Part shown: piece after piece, positions 62,296 through 64,000 of the stretch
Numbering within the stretch: the first letter of the stretch is position 1
How the letters are laid out: each line of letters starts with the position of its first letter
NCBI GenBank assembly: GCA_047495785.1
Contig: JBLDXI010000050.1
Location: 186,001 to 250,000, forward strand
Direction of reading: 5' to 3'
Length of the DNA: 64,000 nt
Source of the DNA: Lepidodermella squamata
Lineage: Eukaryota; Animalia; Gastrotricha
Translations under genes and position numbers: made by a program
The notes under the pieces: model-generated
What the model was told of the DNA's origin: nothing
The model's database searches: none
The model's input: the letters and a program-made list of their open reading frames with translations, nothing else

Positions 62296-63733
62296 ATGGA
62301 GCCTAATCTGACATCTAGGATATGAGTGCAAAATACCGGACCGAAATTCGACCTTCTTTCACGCAACCTGGTTACGATGATAATTGCCAATTTATTAGCT
62401 TACTTGTGCATTCCAAACACTGCCATATTGCCAGATTGAAGCAAGTCGTATTGACATACCATTTTCCGCTATCGAGGCCGGCCCTCTCATGAATTGTGTA
62501 TCTATCATCAATGAAGACAGTTTATTTTCGAAAAATCTTCCTCAATCAAAAAGAAAATACCGCAGTTGATGATGTTTATCGACAGCGATGCATTGTATGC
62601 CCACGGAAGGCCTGAGTTCACGCTATTGATAGATGACGGGTATCCAATAGCTGGAGAGATAAATAAATAGAAAATTTTAAATAAACAACTTGAATTATCT
62701 CTTATTAATTTTCGAGTTTGAGAGTAAGTTACATAATTTTTAGGTCCCGCAGAAAGATATCGCACGAAAAAGTATACACTTACTTGCGATACATTGTTGA
62801 TAGAGAACCAATGCGAAGTCGTAAGTAATATAGCTTTCATTGAAAAATTTGATGCACGCAATATCACCAGCAAAACCAGCGGGTCCAACATCAGTGCTAC
62901 ATAAATCGAATGATAAAAATTTCAACGGATAAACTGATATATATTTGCTTACCTTTTCCCGATTACGAGGTCAAGCCGCACGTTAGGTAGAGCCCAGTTT
63001 TCAGTCGTTTTGACGCTAAGCGAGCCAGCTCCGCCTCCAGCCATAGCGAGATTAACACTAGTGCTACTAACACAGGAAAACAGGACCAGGGTCCATTTTT
63101 GAGGGTCTGTTATGTTGAGATTTACAGACAACCGTTCCGACCCTCGCAACAGAACTATTTGCTGCAATTTCGAATCATAAGCTATCGTCGTGCCATTCTT
63201 GTTTGTCGCATCGATTGTCCAAATCAACCCAGGCGAGCTGAATCGGATCAAGACACCTAAGCTCCATTGTTGGCTGCCCTTGCCGGGAATTCGCGATGCT
63301 ACCAATCGAGAGTCATTTTTGAAAGAATAAGCGCCCTTCCCGACAATCGAAGCATTGACTACGACATCTAGAGTGTTCCCTCCACCAGTTAACGGTTCAA
63401 GGTATGTATCACTTGTCAGAGGCCAGTAAGCTCTGAGATTCGATTGCCCACTTCCACCAGCCCGTTTGTTGCAATCGAATTCGGTCAAATCTGGTATGAA
63501 CTTCCCATTCAAGCAGGTTGCTTGTCTATAGGCCCCCGAGTTACACATCGCTCTGATCACAGTATAGTTTGGATAGTCGATGTTAGGTAACTTGGCTTTG
63601 CCAGGCTGCCATGTTGTTTCAGAATCGTTACTGACGAAAAATTGACTACCAGAAATCGTATTCACATTGATGTTACAGCTGTTCACCTTGGTTCCAGGAT
63701 ATTCTAGAATTGAGGGAAATAAGACGAGTTTAT

Positions 63734-63878
63734 CAGTGTGCGAAGTAGGATCCAGGAGCTGAGATGTTTTCTATAGCAAGTTTCTAGCACCCAGCCGAAG
63801 TAATTAAATGGTCGCCCCTGTGGTTTTTGAGCCTTCCTCTGTTTGGGGTCCTAGAGCTTAGGTGTACTTCGCACCCTG
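63734..63878. mobile_element. hAT-like MITE in intron 1 of copy 8
   Basis: CAGTGTGCGAAGTA...TACTTCGCACCCTG; absent from the paralogous intron at ~53740-53780. Confidence 0.85.
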
Positions 63879-64000
63879 TTTATCATGATAGTTTTGAACT
63901 CACGAAAATCAGCGCATCGATCGATCTGCCTGGACCAATATCCATTATCTAGGCATTTAATTGATGTAACGTTGGATGAACAATTCAGCTGCATGATGAT

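Larger units (their letters stand above)
60443..64000 (-). pseudogene. Sushi-LamG-lectin-SEA family copy 8 (closest to copy 7), frameshifted; 5' end outside the window
   Basis: Duplication AGTATTAGAAA (61673-61683/61686-61696) gives a +1 shift and stop; the last-exon acceptor is altered; a MITE sits in intron 1. Confidence 0.8.

Overview
Eukaryotic, almost certainly invertebrate animal, genomic DNA with compact GT-AG introns, most ~45-60 nt. No prokaryotic features are present and the species cannot be determined. The window is a rapidly turning-over cluster of cell-surface receptor genes. (1) A tandem family of 8 copies plus a fragment of a six-exon gene encoding signal peptide - two CCP/sushi-like modules - LamG/pentraxin-like - L-type-lectin-like - Ser/Thr mucin stalk - SEA - hydrophobic GPI-type tail; four copies look intact. 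(2) Four divergent Cys-loop ion-channel subunit genes plus a fragment, with a 14-residue Cys-loop and almost no intracellular loop; only one is intact. (3) Two class A-like GPCRs (one a pseudogene), a GABA-B-like class C GPCR and a GT32 glycosyltransferase. (4) An intronless LRAT/NlpC-P60 + AIG1/GIMAP GTPase fusion with myristoylation and CaaX motifs. (5) A hidden 7-exon gene for a secreted 4-Cys-repeat protein that the ORF track misses. A four-gene block was segmentally duplicated (11.4-19.3 kb vs 29.3-43.2 kb) with largely reciprocal gene loss. Mobile DNA includes a defective MULE, a CACTA relic, a truncated LINE, a Sola-like insertion, several MITE families and a 20-bp P-element-like footprint. 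Many broken genes are disrupted by short templated duplications. All domain calls are from motif recognition by eye; none were checked by database search.
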